NCBI GenBank assembly: GCA_965658055.1
Contig: CBFHQV010000004.1
Location: forward strand, 609 to 64,608
DNA: 64,000 nucleotides
Direction of reading: 5' to 3'
Origin: Luminiphilus sp.
Lineage (GTDB): Bacteria > Pseudomonadota > Gammaproteobacteria > Pseudomonadales > Halieaceae
The position numbers were made by a program, and so were the translations under genes. Positions 1-11,270 of this stretch are shown here, piece after piece. The first letter of the stretch is position 1; each line of letters begins with the position of its first letter. Under the pieces are notes generated by a model. The model was not told the DNA's origin, made no database searches, and saw only the letters and a list, made by a program, of their open reading frames with translations.

Positions 1-498
1 CTGTCTGTGCGCTTTTTCCAGCTTACCCCTGATCCGCTGGCGTTTGAGGGGGGAGAGATAATCAACAAACAACTTGCCTTCAAGGTGGTCTATTTCGTGT
101 TGCAAACAGATAGCCATCAATCCCTGTAGTTCTTCTGTAAAGGTTTCGCCTTCTTGATTGAGCGCGGTGACAGCGATCCGTGTTGGTCGATTGACGGTCT
201 CGTAGAAGCCGGGTACCGATAAACAACCCTCATCATACTCTCCAAGGGTTTCATCGAGGATAACAACGGTGGGGTTGATGAAAACCCGCGGCGCTTGCTG
301 ATTGTCTGAAATATCCATGACGATTACCCGCTCATGAACATCGACTTGTGTCGCGGCCAAGCCGATGCCTGGGGCCGCGTACATTGTTTCAAACATGTCA
401 TCAATGAGTGTTTTTATGCGGCTGTCGACCTCAATGACGGGCTCCGCCACCTTGCGCAGGCGGGAATCTGGAAATTCGAGGATGGAAAGTCGCGCCAT
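1..498 (-). CDS. def: Peptide deformylase, 3' end (C-terminus) runs off the window start
   Basis: The reverse-strand translation from the ATG (rc of 496-498) reads [21 protein letters not shown]... It contains the three Def motifs [17 protein letters not shown] and QHEIDHLEG. The ORF is open to position 1 and is absent from the ORF track because it is edge-truncated. Confidence 0.93.
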   Translation of the reverse strand, partial: MARLSILEFPDSRLRKVAEPVIEVDSRIKTLIDDMFETMYAAPGIGLAATQVDVHERVIVMDISDNQQAPRVFINPTVVILDETLGEYDEGCLSVPGFYETVNRPTRIAVTALNQEGETFTEELQGLMAICLQHEIDHLEGKLFVDYLSPLKRQRIRGKLEKAHRQ

Positions 499-900
499 GG
501 GGATAATTTGCCTGTAATGGATAGGTAAGAGCAGAAGATGGCAGGATTTGTGCTTGCCTCTTCAGAATACCGCGCTCAAACTGCCATTATAACGCGGCCT
601 TGTGCCCAGCGTCTCGGTTGGCCGAGGCGCTGTGATGGCTGTGATAAGAGTCGCTTTGACGACAGGCAACCGATGCGTCCGGTACGGACCACCAAGGAAG
701 GTGAGGGGATATAAACGTGGGGATAGCAAACACGCAGCGCGCTACGAGGGGCCGTTTTCACGCCCTGTTACGTCGATACACCGGGAACTTTTTGGGTTGG
801 TGTTCTCTGGCCAAGCTTACTGGGCCGATATTTACGGCGTCGGTATTTGCAGAGGCGCGGGCAGTGCACGCGCGATTAGTGCGTCGCCCTCTGGTGGTCA

Positions 901-1946
901 TGTTTCGAGGAGCACTGTCCTTCACCGTCCTAGTCGGTTTAACCATCGGCCCTCTTGTGCACGCCGAAGAGCTTTCGCTGAGGCCTGATGTGCCTCTTTC
1001 TTACGTGGTGAAAAAGGGCGACACCCTCTGGGATATCAGTGACCTTTACCTCAAAGAGCCTTGGCGCTGGCCTGAACTCTGGGATAACAACCCTCAGGTT
1101 GATAATCCGCACCTGATATATCCCGGAGACGAGTTGGCATTGCGTTGGGATAATGGTGTGCCCCGCTTGGGTCTCGTCAGACGCGGTGATGTCAAACTGA
1201 CACCCGAACTGCGAAGCGAGCCCCTCGAAACAGCCATTCCACCCATTCCCCGGGATCAGATAGACCCCTTCTTGCGCGAAAACAAAGTGCTGGTCCCGGG
1301 CCAGTTCGACACACTTGCATATGTGATCGCGGGTGATGCCGGTCGGATTATCAGTGCTTTGGGGGATCGCATTTTTGCTCGCGGCGCCCTGGAGCCAGAG
1401 GACAAGGCATTCAATATTTTACGTCAGGGAGAAGTGATCGCTGATCCCGTGACGGGTGAAGTGCTGGGAGTTATCGCCAGCGACATCGGAAGTGCGTCAC
1501 TGCTTAGTGTGGATTCACAGGAAGCGGGTAATACGGATGTTAAAGAACTTGAAGTGACCCGGGTGGCGGAAGAGGTCAGGATTGGCGATCGACTGTTGCC
1601 TCTGGAAGAGGGCGTTTTGGACGCCTATTTTCAACCCAAGGCTCCGAGTGTTGCAGTTGAGGGCGCGTATATGATCGGTGTTGCGTCCGGCGTGACGCAA
1701 ATTGGCCAGATGAACATCGTGACGGTGAACCGCGGAGACCGTGAGGGCCTCGAGGTGGGCGATGTTCTGGCTATTTACCAAACGGGCCAGGTTGTCGAGG
1801 ATCCTGTTACCCGGGAGATGGTCGCGCTCCCCGATGTGCGCGCTGGCGTGCTCATGATTTTTGCGGTCTACGAGAAGGCGAGTTTCGGCCTGGTGCTCAC
1901 GGCCAGTCGCCCGCTGGCGGTCGGCGACAAACTCAAAAACCCCTAA
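901..1946 (+). CDS. tsaP: LysM peptidoglycan-binding domain protein, TsaP-like (type IV pilus secretin-associated protein family)
   Basis: The LysM motif reads YVVKKGDTLWDISDLYLKEPWRWPELWDNNPQVDNPHLIYPGDEL. The gene sits between def and dprA, as PA0020/TsaP does in Pseudomonas. The ATG at 901 gives a signal-peptide-like MFRGALSFTVLVGLTIGPLVHAEE. The track ORF begins at a GTG at 717, so the start is uncertain. Confidence 0.75.
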
Positions 1947-2009
1947 CAGGGATGTTGATAGCCGTTACCATCTGAAGCGGCGCGGTCTCAGTGCTCACGG
2001 AGGAGCCAA

Positions 2010-3194
2010 ATGCCGTATTTTCTTGGACAATGTCCGGTGACGGATAGTCGCTGGTTTCGATTCCTGCAATCCCCGTTGCTCAATCACGAGGCGCGCCGTT
2101 GGCTGCTCAGAAACGGTGTTGATCCGGCAAGCCCCCAAACCTTAAAAAGCGTTGAAGTCGATCCCGAGTCACCCGCAAAGACAGCGGTTTTAGATGATCT
2201 TTTTCAGGAGCTGCAGCGCCCGGGTGCCATTACCGCCCCGACCCCTGACCCCTTGGTTCGGCTTTGTTCGCTGGGTGAACCCGATTATCCGCCGCTCCTG
2301 GCCGAGCTAGCCGATGCCCCGCCAGCTCTGTTTTGTCGCGGGCAGTTGTCGAGCCTGTCGAGGCCAGGAATTGCTATCGTGGGGACGCGTCACCCTTCTA
2401 TTGCCGGCACCAAGATTGCGAGGACGTTGGCCGCGGAGCTGGTACAAGCGGGTTTTTGCGTGGTCAGTGGCTTGGCGCAAGGGATTGATACAGCGGCGCA
2501 CCAAGGCGCCGTGGATGCAGGGGGTGCAACAGTTGCGATCATGGCTACGGGGTATGACCGGGTTTACCCTCGCCGCAACCAACGGCTCGCTGGAGATATT
2601 CAGCGCAAAGGGCTTTTGATGACAGAATTTTGTGCCGGTGCCGCTCCCCACCGGTGGCATTTTCCACGGAGGAATCGAACACTTTCCGGGTTGGCGCTGG
2701 CGACAGTTGTCGTTGAGGCGGGTCGACCCAGCGGCACGTTGATTACCGCGGCAGCAGCGGGGGAGCAGGGCCGCACCGTGTTTGCTTTTCCTTGGTCAGT
2801 GCAGCATCCCGGCGGCCAAGGGTGCCTGCATTTACTGAAACAAGGCGCGACGCTTGTCACCTCAGCACGGGACGTGGTCGAGCAGCTGTCCAGCAGCCTG
2901 CGTGCTTGGTACGAGCTCACCTCATTTCCGCCGCTAGATGAGACGTGGGGTGGAAGTGTGTGTCCGGAGGATCCAGGCGCGACCGTCTTGCTGCCAGAGC
3001 ACAAAGGGCTGACACGAGACGCCCAAGATCTTTTGGTGGCCATCGGTGACTCCGCGCTGGATATAGCATCGCTATGCCGAGAGCGCGGAATGGAGCTGCC
3101 TCATATGATGATCTTGCTGACGCAGCTTGAGGTTGCAGGCCATGTCGAGCAGACTGCGCAAGGTTTTTGGCGCGCAAGGGGCGCGGGCACGTGA
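2010..3194 (+). CDS. dprA: DNA-processing protein DprA (Smf)
   Basis: The 394 aa product has the DprA Rossmann-like core IAIVGTRHPS...VVSGLAQGIDTAAHQGA...VAIMATGYDRVYPRRN. It shows conserved def-LysM-dprA-tsaC synteny. Confidence 0.9.
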   Translation: MPYFLGQCPVTDSRWFRFLQSPLLNHEARRWLLRNGVDPASPQTLKSVEVDPESPAKTAVLDDLFQELQRPGAITAPTPDPLVRLCSLGEPDYPPLLAELADAPPALFCRGQLSSLSRPGIAIVGTRHPSIAGTKIARTLAAELVQAGFCVVSGLAQGIDTAAHQGAVDAGGATVAIMATGYDRVYPRRNQRLAGDIQRKGLLMTEFCAGAAPHRWHFPRRNRTLSGLALATVVVEAGRPSGTLITAAAAGEQGRTVFAFPWSVQHPGGQGCLHLLKQGATLVTSARDVVEQLSSSLRAWYELTSFPPLDETWGGSVCPEDPGATVLLPEHKGLTRDAQDLLVAIGDSALDIASLCRERGMELPHMMILLTQLEVAGHVEQTAQGFWRARGAGT

Positions 3195-3742
3195 GTAAAT
3201 TTAGGACGCAGACATTGTCAGCTTTTGTGACAGCGGGGGAGGTCGTGGCGTGTCCTGCCGAGTCGGTGTGGGGGCTTTCATGTGATCCCTTTTCGGAGTC
3301 GGCTGTCGAGGTGTTGCTGGCATTGAAGGGGCGCGCGGTTAACAAGGGGTTAATTGTTGTTGCCGCCGATGTCGATATGTTTGGCGCCGTCTTTACGTCG
3401 CTGTCAGCGTCTGAGCGCAATGAGGTGATGTTGAGCTGGCCCGGTAACAACACGTGGGTATTGCCCAACCTAGGCTATTTCCCCGGATGGATTACTGGTG
3501 ACAGTGATCATGTTGCGGTGCGCCTAACCGCATCCCCTGCGCTTCGCGCGTTGAGCGCTGCGGTTGACGGACCTCTTGTTTCCACCTCAGCAAACCCCGC
3601 GGGCGCACTGCCTGCGCGTCATGGGTTTCAAGTCGTCAATTATTTTGGCCCGGGTTTGCCTCGGGCTGTGGGCCAGGTTGATCTTCACGGGCGCCCTTCC
3701 ACCATCCGCCAGATTGGATCTGATGAGATAATTCGGGCTTAA
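3191..3742 (+). CDS. tsaC: L-threonylcarbamoyladenylate synthase TsaC (YrdC/Sua5 family, single domain)
   Basis: YrdC-domain signatures are present: VVACPAESVWGLSCDP, KGRAVNKGLIVV and LVSTSANPAG. The GTG at 3191 overlaps the dprA TGA (GTGA coupling). The track ORF starts at 3167. Confidence 0.85.
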   Translation: MSKFRTQTLSAFVTAGEVVACPAESVWGLSCDPFSESAVEVLLALKGRAVNKGLIVVAADVDMFGAVFTSLSASERNEVMLSWPGNNTWVLPNLGYFPGWITGDSDHVAVRLTASPALRALSAAVDGPLVSTSANPAGALPARHGFQVVNYFGPGLPRAVGQVDLHGRPSTIRQIGSDEIIRA

Positions 3743-3762
3743 TTCATCTCAATCTGAAATAA

Positions 3763-4728
<966 letters not shown>

Positions 4729-4742
4729 TTAATGTTGCAGCC

Positions 4743-5603
4743 ATGACTTCCGATCGAGTCCCCCACCCCATACCCGAGACCGCGTATGCCGTGTTTGGGA
4801 ATCCCATTAAGCATTCAAAATCCCCCGCTATTCACGCCGCCTTCGCTGATCAGTGTGGCGACGATATCACTTACCGCGCTGTTCGCGTTGAGATTGACGA
4901 ATTTGAGCTCAAGGCCACCCGCTTTTTTGAGCGCGGGGGTGGCGGCTTAAATATTACGCTTCCCTTCAAGGAGCGGGCTTTTCAGCTGGCGGACGAGTCG
5001 AGCGACAGGGCGAAGCAGGCGGGCGCTGCCAACTGCCTGATACCGCTTCCCGGCGGCAAACTCCGTGCTGACAACACCGATGGCGTGGGCATGATTCGCG
5101 ATATGGTGGCCAATCATGGTTGGCAACTGTCAGGTCGGCGGGCCCTTGTTCTGGGAGCCGGCGGTGCTGCGCGCGGCGTTATACATCCGCTGTTGATGGA
5201 AAACCCGGCCGAGGTGGTCATAGCCAATCGGACTGCTGAGCGAGCACAGGCGCTGGCGGCGGAGTTTTCGGGACATAACGTATCCGTGTTGGGCGGCGGC
5301 TTTGAGTTGCTTGAGGGGCAGACTTTTGACCTAATCATCAACGGTACCAGCGCCAGCCTGGCCAATGAGATGGTTGCGCTACCTGAGATTACACTGACCG
5401 AGCGGTGCTGCTGCTACGACATGATGTATGGCGCAGAACCTACAGCTTTCATGCGCTGGGCGGCATCGAAGACCCCATGGGCCGTTTCCGACGGGCTTGG
5501 CATGCTCGTTGAACAGGCCGCAGAGAGTTACTTTCTATGGCTCGGCAAGCGACCCGACACTCGCCGAGTGATTCAAGCACTCAGGCTCCAGCTAAGTCTC
5601 TAG
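4743..5603 (+). CDS. aroE: Shikimate dehydrogenase (NADP+)
   Basis: Matching blocks are YAVFGNPIKHSKSPAIH, GLNITLPFK, NTDGVG and the NADP loop LGAGGAARG. The gene follows hemF as in Pseudomonas. The ATG at 4743 is preferred over the TTG at 4725. Confidence 0.9.
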   Translation: MTSDRVPHPIPETAYAVFGNPIKHSKSPAIHAAFADQCGDDITYRAVRVEIDEFELKATRFFERGGGGLNITLPFKERAFQLADESSDRAKQAGAANCLIPLPGGKLRADNTDGVGMIRDMVANHGWQLSGRRALVLGAGGAARGVIHPLLMENPAEVVIANRTAERAQALAAEFSGHNVSVLGGGFELLEGQTFDLIINGTSASLANEMVALPEITLTERCCCYDMMYGAEPTAFMRWAASKTPWAVSDGLGMLVEQAAESYFLWLGKRPDTRRVIQALRLQLSL

Positions 5604-6169
5604 GGCTCGACGCTATCATCGAGATATTGTTGTTTTAACTTTGCATAGTTTTGCGCGCTGTAGCCGAGAAATGTGCGCTCGCCATCCGAGATCGGACGGA
5701 CTGGACGGGCCGGGCTTCCCGCGTAGAGCATCCCGCTTTCTAAGCGCTTGCCCGGTGTTACCAAAGAGCCGCCAGCAATCATGACCTCGGTCTCTACCAC
5801 TACCCCATCCATCACGATGGCGCCCATCCCGACGAGTACGCGATCACCAATGCTGCAGCCGTGAAGAACAGCGCGATGTCCGATGGTGACGTCCGCCCCG
5901 ATAACCAATGGCCAGCCGCCGGGATTGAAGTCACTCGCATGGGTGACGTGCAGGACCGAGTTATCCTGCACGTTGGTTCGCTCGCCGATGGTGATACGGT
6001 GAACGTCTGCACGCACGGAACAGTTGGCCCAAATGCTGACGTCGTTACCAATTTCGATGTTGCCCAACACGGCGGCAGTTGGGTCAATCATAACTCGATC
6101 ACCTATCACGGGGCTGGAGGTAGCCCAGTGTCGAAGGTTATCTTCTGCTCGGTAAGACAAACGCTTCAT
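5600..6169 (-). CDS. Gamma-class carbonic anhydrase / hexapeptide-repeat (LbH) family protein (YrdA/PaaY-like)
   Basis: Left-handed beta-helix hexapeptide repeats are visible (IGNDVSIWANCSVRADV..ITIGERTNVQDNSVLH..IGADVTIGHRAVLHGCSIGDRVLVGMGAIV). The internal ATG at 6169 gives about 189 aa, typical for this family. The track ORF extends to 6265. Confidence 0.85.
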   Translation of the reverse strand: MKRLSYRAEDNLRHWATSSPVIGDRVMIDPTAAVLGNIEIGNDVSIWANCSVRADVHRITIGERTNVQDNSVLHVTHASDFNPGGWPLVIGADVTIGHRAVLHGCSIGDRVLVGMGAIVMDGVVVETEVMIAGGSLVTPGKRLESGMLYAGSPARPVRPISDGERTFLGYSAQNYAKLKQQYLDDSVEP

Positions 6170-6252
6170 AAAATTGCTGCCCCTTATCTTATAGTCTGTG
6201 CGGTGAATTGGATCGTAAAAACAGTAACAGATGTTAAGGACATAACGCGTTG

Positions 6253-6510
6253 ATGGAACCCCCAAAAAGTAATGAGCGCTTTATCGCCGGGGCGGTATGT
6301 CCAAAGTGTGCCGAGATGGACCGGACGGTGGTCAGCGCTGATGGAGAGGTACGTCGCTGTATTGCCTGTGGGTTTTCCGAGGGCCGGCCCCAAGACAACC
6401 TTCAACCGCTGCCTACGCGCGTATCAAGGCCGGCGGCCCGCCGGGTCGAAACAGCGCCTGAGGTTGTGCGCCTTCTCGATGTCAACCCGACGAAAAAAGT
6501 AGAAGATTAA
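6253..6510 (+). CDS. Small zinc-ribbon protein, YheV/DUF2387-like
   Basis: The 85 aa product has two CxxC pairs (CPKC ... CIAC) in the arrangement typical of YheV-family metal-binding proteins. Confidence 0.6.
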   Translation: MEPPKSNERFIAGAVCPKCAEMDRTVVSADGEVRRCIACGFSEGRPQDNLQPLPTRVSRPAARRVETAPEVVRLLDVNPTKKVED

Positions 6511-6873
6511 CAAAAACCGATTTTTCAAAAGAAACTCAACATATCGTGCTTTTGTTAGTTATATACCACCACATATAGTGCTCTGACCGTTATAAGCCCG
6601 GTGAATGCCTGATAACCCCCGGCTTAAGCCGTTGGGATCTGTCCATTTCCTTGCATTTCGCTATAATCCGCGCCGTCGAGCCGCAATCGATCGCGGCCGA
6701 GCGCTTGGTGCGACGTTTTCAACCGGTCAGTGCCATCGGAAGTTGGGGATAAAAAAATCAACAATACGCCAACCAGGCCCTTTTAAGGGTTTGAGTGCTT
6801 GCGCGTATGCAATTTAGTTAACGGGCTGCAGCACGGTCGGTGCAGAGGGGCAGAGATGGTAGGTGGGAACGTA

Positions 6874-7980
6874 ATGAGAAGCGCACTAATGGCCTTGATG
6901 GCTCTGCCGGCAGCGGCATTTGGAGACAATCAGGTCAACATGTCTCCGGGCGTCACGACGATTGGTGCTGAGATCTACGACCTTCATATGCTCATCATGA
7001 TCATCTGTGTCGTTATCGGTATTGGCGTATTTGGTGTGATGTTCTATTCCATCATTTATCACCGTAAATCCCGCGGAGTCGTTCCCTCGCAATTTCATGA
7101 GAGCACCAAGGTCGAAGTTGCCTGGACGGTGGTGCCTTTTTTAATTTTGATTGCAATGGCGGTGCCCGCAACCTCCACACTCCTCGAGGTGTATGACAAC
7201 GACGATGCGGAGCTCGATATTCTGGTCACGGGTTACCAGTGGAAGTGGAAATACGAATACCTCGATGAGAGTGGTGAAAACGTGTCGTTTTTCTCCAATC
7301 TCGCAACCCCTCAAGAAGAGATCTACAACACCGACCAAAAAGGCGAGCACTACCTACTGGAAGTTGACGAACCTCTGGTCATCCCGGTTGATACCAAAGT
7401 CCGCTTTCTTATCACGGCCAACGACGTCATCCACTCTTGGTGGGTCCCTGAGATTGCGGTGAAGCGCGACGCCATCCCCGGCTTTATCAATGAGACATGG
7501 ACCAAGATCACAGAAGAAGGGATCTATCGAGGTCAGTGCACGGAGCTATGCGGCGCTTATCACGGTTTTATGCCGGTGGTTGTGCATGCAGTCAGCCGCG
7601 AAGAGTTCGATGCCTGGATGGACGCTAAGCGAGCAGACGAGGCCGCGCAGGTTGCGGCCGCCGCCGTTGATTTGAGCCTGGACGAGCTTATGAGCAAGGG
7701 TGAGGCGGTATACAACGCACAATGCCTGGCTTGCCATGGTGCGCAGGGCGAGGGCGGCGTCGGCAATGCTATTGCGGGCAGTGCAATAGCCCTTGGGGAT
7801 ATTGGCACGCACCTAGATGTAGGTATCAAAGGCGTGGCGGGTACTGCCATGCAGGCCTTTGGCGGTCAGCTTAACGACGTCGACATGGCGGCGGTTATTA
7901 CCTATCAGCGTAATGCGTTTGGTAACAACACGGGGGACGTCATACAGCCCTCAGATGTTGCCAGTCACAAGCAAGGTTAA
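6874..7980 (+). CDS. coxB: Cytochrome c oxidase subunit II with a fused C-terminal monoheme cytochrome c domain (caa3-type)
   Basis: The CuA site reads HSWWVPE...CTELCGAYHGFM, and the C-terminal domain carries CLACH. The ATG at 6874 is preceded by aggtggg and gives the signal peptide MRSALMALMALPAAAFG. The track ORF starts at 6799. Confidence 0.92.
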   Translation: MRSALMALMALPAAAFGDNQVNMSPGVTTIGAEIYDLHMLIMIICVVIGIGVFGVMFYSIIYHRKSRGVVPSQFHESTKVEVAWTVVPFLILIAMAVPATSTLLEVYDNDDAELDILVTGYQWKWKYEYLDESGENVSFFSNLATPQEEIYNTDQKGEHYLLEVDEPLVIPVDTKVRFLITANDVIHSWWVPEIAVKRDAIPGFINETWTKITEEGIYRGQCTELCGAYHGFMPVVVHAVSREEFDAWMDAKRADEAAQVAAAAVDLSLDELMSKGEAVYNAQCLACHGAQGEGGVGNAIAGSAIALGDIGTHLDVGIKGVAGTAMQAFGGQLNDVDMAAVITYQRNAFGNNTGDVIQPSDVASHKQG

Positions 7981-7995
7981 AAGGGAGAAATAACG

Positions 7996-9570
7996 ATGGG
8001 AGATCATCACCACGGTCCAGCAACCGGCATAGGGCGCTGGCTTTTTACCACCAACCACAAAGATATCGGCACCATGTATCTGTGGTTCTCCTTTGCCATG
8101 TTTATCCTTGGCGGTACCTTCGCGATGATTATTCGCGCCGAGCTTTTTCAGCCCGGGATGCAGCTGGTCGAGCCAGGGTTCTTCAACCAAATGACGACCC
8201 TGCACGGCTTGGTCATGGTATTTGGGGCCATCATGCCGTCCTTCGTGGGCCTCGCCAATTGGCTAATTCCCATGATGATTGGTGCGCCTGATATGGCTCT
8301 CCCCCGAATGAATAACTGGAGCTTCTGGATCCTGCCTCCCGGGTTTTTGATGCTTGCTTCAACCTTGTTTATGGAAGGCGGCGCGCCAGCTTTTGGTTGG
8401 ACGTTCTACGCGCCACTGTCTACCACTTACGCCGCGCCCTCAGTGACGTTTTTCATCTTCGCAATCCATATCCTCGGCGTTTCGTCGATTATGGGTTCTA
8501 TTAATATTATTGCTACCGTCATGAATATGCGCGCACCCGGTATGACCTACATGAAGATGCCGCTGTTCGTTTGGACCTGGCTTATCACCGCGTTCTTGCT
8601 TGTCGCTGTGATGCCTGTGTTGGCCGGGGCGGTGACCATGATGCTGATGGATATTCATTTTGGCACCAGCTTCTTTTCTGCTGCTGGTGGCGGTGACCCT
8701 GTTCTTTTCCAGCACATCTTCTGGTTCTTTGGTCACCCCGAGGTTTACATCATTATTCTGCCCGCGTTTGGCGTGGTCTCCCAGATCATCCCCGCCTTCT
8801 CAAGAAAGCCCTTGTTTGGGTATGCATCGATGGTTTACGCAACGGCATCAATTGCCTTTCTGTCGTTCATCGTTTGGGCGCACCATATGTACACCGTGGG
8901 CATGCCAGTCGCCGGTGAGCTCTTCTTTATGTACGCCACGATGCTGATTGCGGTGCCCACCGGGGTGAAGGTTTTCAACTGGATCACAACGATGTGGCGT
9001 GGCGCGTTATCTTTCGAAACTCCAATGCTATTCTGTATCGGCTTCCTGGTGCTGTTCACCATCGGTGGCTTTACCGGCTTGATGCTCTCCATCGCGCCGG
9101 CAGACTTCCAGTATCACGATACGTATTTTGTGGTGGCGCACTTTCACTACGTCATGGTGGCCGGCGCGGTATTCTCAATGACCGCCGCGGTTTACTACTG
9201 GCTGCCGAAGTGGTCAGGGCGGATGTACAACGAGACCATGGGCAAAGTCCACTTCTGGATTTCTTTTGTCGGTTTCAACATCACATTCTTCCCACAGCAC
9301 TTTGTTGGTCTGGCCGGAATGCCTCGCCGAATCCCCGACTACGCACTGCAGTTTGCGGATTTCAACATGATGTCATCGATCGGCGCATTTATTTACGGCG
9401 CCTCACAAATTCTATTCCTGTACAACGTGCTGGCCACGATTATCGCGGGCGAGAAAGTCACTGATGACAAGGTTTGGGATGGTGCGGAAGGCTTGGAGTG
9501 GACGATACCGACGCCGGCTCCATACCACACCTTTGAAGTACCCCCGAAGCTCGACGCTGCGCACGCGTAA
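7996..9570 (+). CDS. ctaD: Cytochrome c oxidase subunit I
   Basis: The 524 aa product begins WLFTTNHKDIGTMYL and carries WFFGHPEVYI and HHMYTVG, the canonical heme-copper oxidase subunit I blocks. The RBS gggag lies upstream. Confidence 0.97.
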   Translation: MGDHHHGPATGIGRWLFTTNHKDIGTMYLWFSFAMFILGGTFAMIIRAELFQPGMQLVEPGFFNQMTTLHGLVMVFGAIMPSFVGLANWLIPMMIGAPDMALPRMNNWSFWILPPGFLMLASTLFMEGGAPAFGWTFYAPLSTTYAAPSVTFFIFAIHILGVSSIMGSINIIATVMNMRAPGMTYMKMPLFVWTWLITAFLLVAVMPVLAGAVTMMLMDIHFGTSFFSAAGGGDPVLFQHIFWFFGHPEVYIIILPAFGVVSQIIPAFSRKPLFGYASMVYATASIAFLSFIVWAHHMYTVGMPVAGELFFMYATMLIAVPTGVKVFNWITTMWRGALSFETPMLFCIGFLVLFTIGGFTGLMLSIAPADFQYHDTYFVVAHFHYVMVAGAVFSMTAAVYYWLPKWSGRMYNETMGKVHFWISFVGFNITFFPQHFVGLAGMPRRIPDYALQFADFNMMSSIGAFIYGASQILFLYNVLATIIAGEKVTDDKVWDGAEGLEWTIPTPAPYHTFEVPPKLDAAHA

Positions 9571-9588
9571 AAAGAGAATAGCGGAGCA

Positions 9589-10146
9589 ATGAGACTAAGT
9601 GCGAATCCAACCACCGACACGGTGCTCAAGCTAGTCACCGTCTCGGTGGCCATGTTCGCTTTTGTTTTTGTGGTGATGGTGCCGCTCTACAACGTGCTGT
9701 GTGATGCACTAGGTATTAACGGGAAAACTTCGGCACAAGCTTACACAGCGGTCGACGCCGCGGTGGATACCGAGCGGTCAATCACCGTGCAGTTCATTGC
9801 TACAAATAACGATGGCATGCCTTGGGAGTTCCGCCCGCAGGTAACGGCTATGGCCGTTCATCCCGGTGCCGCTAACGATACGGTTTTTTTTGCGGCTAAC
9901 CCAACGGCTCAGCATATGGTTGCTCAGGCCATCCCAAGTGTTTCGCCTTCTCGCGCAGCAGAATACTTCCACAAGACGGAATGTTTTTGTTTCAACCAGC
10001 AGCCGCTCGAGGGAGAAAGTGATACGTTGATGCCGCTGCAATTTATAGTCGATCAAGATTTACCCAAAGACATCAAGACAATCACCTTGTCTTACACATT
10101 ATTTGATGTGACAGCACGCGTCAGCGAGCAGATTGCTGCGCGATAG
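9589..10146 (+). CDS. ctaG: Cytochrome c oxidase assembly protein CtaG/Cox11
   Basis: The 185 aa product has an N-terminal TM helix and the Cox11 copper motif CFCF (KTECFCFNQQ). It lies between subunits I and III. Confidence 0.9.
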   Translation: MRLSANPTTDTVLKLVTVSVAMFAFVFVVMVPLYNVLCDALGINGKTSAQAYTAVDAAVDTERSITVQFIATNNDGMPWEFRPQVTAMAVHPGAANDTVFFAANPTAQHMVAQAIPSVSPSRAAEYFHKTECFCFNQQPLEGESDTLMPLQFIVDQDLPKDIKTITLSYTLFDVTARVSEQIAAR

Positions 10147-10185
10147 GCCGATGTTGCAACCGGCTAGAATAAAACGGAGATAACC

Positions 10186-11166
10186 ATGGCAACGACAGAA
10201 CAGGCACCGGCAGGCTTCGAGAAGTATTACGTCCCAGAAAGCTCGAGCCTCGCAGTGCGCGCTACCATTGGCTTGCTGGCAACGGTGTTTGGTGCCGGCC
10301 TGCTACTCAATGATATGACATTTGGCGAGCCTGGTGCCGCCAGCCTGTCTAAGTGGGTGCTGATTGCGGGCCTTGTCTTCTTTATTTTCACCTTGGCGAG
10401 TTGGTTTAGAACAGCCATCCGCGAGAATTTGCAGGGAATGAACAGCGCGCAGCTCGGACACAGCTATGTGTTGGGTATGTTCTGGTTTATTTTTTCAGAG
10501 GTTATGTTCTTTGCGGCGTTCTTCGGCGCCTTGTTTTACGTTCGACAGCTGGCGGGGCCTTGGTTGGCGGGTGAAGGCGAAGCGGGGCGAATGAACGAAC
10601 TGCTTTGGCCAGGCTTTGATTTCACTTGGCCCCCAATGATTACGCCACAGGAGGCAGTGGGCGGTGTTGATAGTCAGCCGATCGCAAACAATGGTGCGTT
10701 CCTCACCCAAGACCGGTCGATGGCCTTTGCTGACGCACATCATTGGTACCAATGGCTACCCATGTGGAACACGATCATCCTGCTTTCTTCGAGTTTTACG
10801 GTGCACGTCGCACATACAGCCCTGCTCAAGGATCAGCGCTCCAAATTTAACTTATGGCTCGGTATCACCGTGGCACTCGGCATTATTTTTCTTGGGTTGC
10901 AGGCAGCCGAATATTACGAAGCCTATGCATTGTTTGGATTGACCTTGAATTCAGGCATCTACGGATCCACGTTCTTTATGTTGACCGGCTTCCACGGGTT
11001 CCACGTCGCCATGGGGATGACCATGCTGCTCATTCAGCTCATCCGATCCATGAAAAACCACCATTTCACCGCCACCGACCACTTTGGGTTTGAGGCATCC
11101 ACGTGGTATTGGCATTTTGTGGATGTGGTGTGGGTTTTCCTCTTCCTTTTCGTCTATATTCTTTAG
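10186..11166 (+). CDS. coxC: Cytochrome c oxidase subunit III
   Basis: The 326 aa polytopic membrane protein has a C-terminal region typical of CoIII: GFHGFHV...HFGFEASTWYWHFVDVVWVFLF. Confidence 0.93.
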   Translation: MATTEQAPAGFEKYYVPESSSLAVRATIGLLATVFGAGLLLNDMTFGEPGAASLSKWVLIAGLVFFIFTLASWFRTAIRENLQGMNSAQLGHSYVLGMFWFIFSEVMFFAAFFGALFYVRQLAGPWLAGEGEAGRMNELLWPGFDFTWPPMITPQEAVGGVDSQPIANNGAFLTQDRSMAFADAHHWYQWLPMWNTIILLSSSFTVHVAHTALLKDQRSKFNLWLGITVALGIIFLGLQAAEYYEAYALFGLTLNSGIYGSTFFMLTGFHGFHVAMGMTMLLIQLIRSMKNHHFTATDHFGFEASTWYWHFVDVVWVFLFLFVYIL

Positions 11167-11185
11167 GCGAGATTGGGGTCTGATG

Positions 11186-11210
11186 GGGGCGCGCAGGCGC
11201 CCCTTTTTAT
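11186..11210 (+). terminator. Rho-independent terminator after coxC
   Basis: A perfect 7 bp GC stem (ggggcgc 11186-11192, gcgcccc 11197-11203) encloses the 4 nt loop gcag and is followed by TTTTTAT. It starts 20 nt after the coxC stop. Confidence 0.65.
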
Positions 11211-11270
11211 TGCGTCTTTGCGGTGTGAGGGCACAGTGTCCCCCAAGCAATGTGTTGTTTTTTCCTGGCA

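Noticed and set aside
334-988. ORFs at 334-528(+), 576-761(-) and 602-988(+) lie in the def to LysM region.
   Set aside because: The ORF at 334-528 is antisense to def. The other two fall in the divergent promoter or leader region, have no recognisable features and overlap each other. They are better explained as non-coding sequence or as an N-terminal extension artefact of the LysM ORF.
6511-6873. A 363 bp region upstream of coxB contains a TATAAT at 6661-6666 and the ORF 6605-6817. I considered a promoter, an FNR/ANR box or a leader peptide.
   Set aside because: No acceptable -35 element lies at 16-18 nt spacing, and no TTGAT-N4-ATCAA box was found. The 70 aa ORF is Arg/Pro-rich with no features. 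The evidence is too weak for a feature call.
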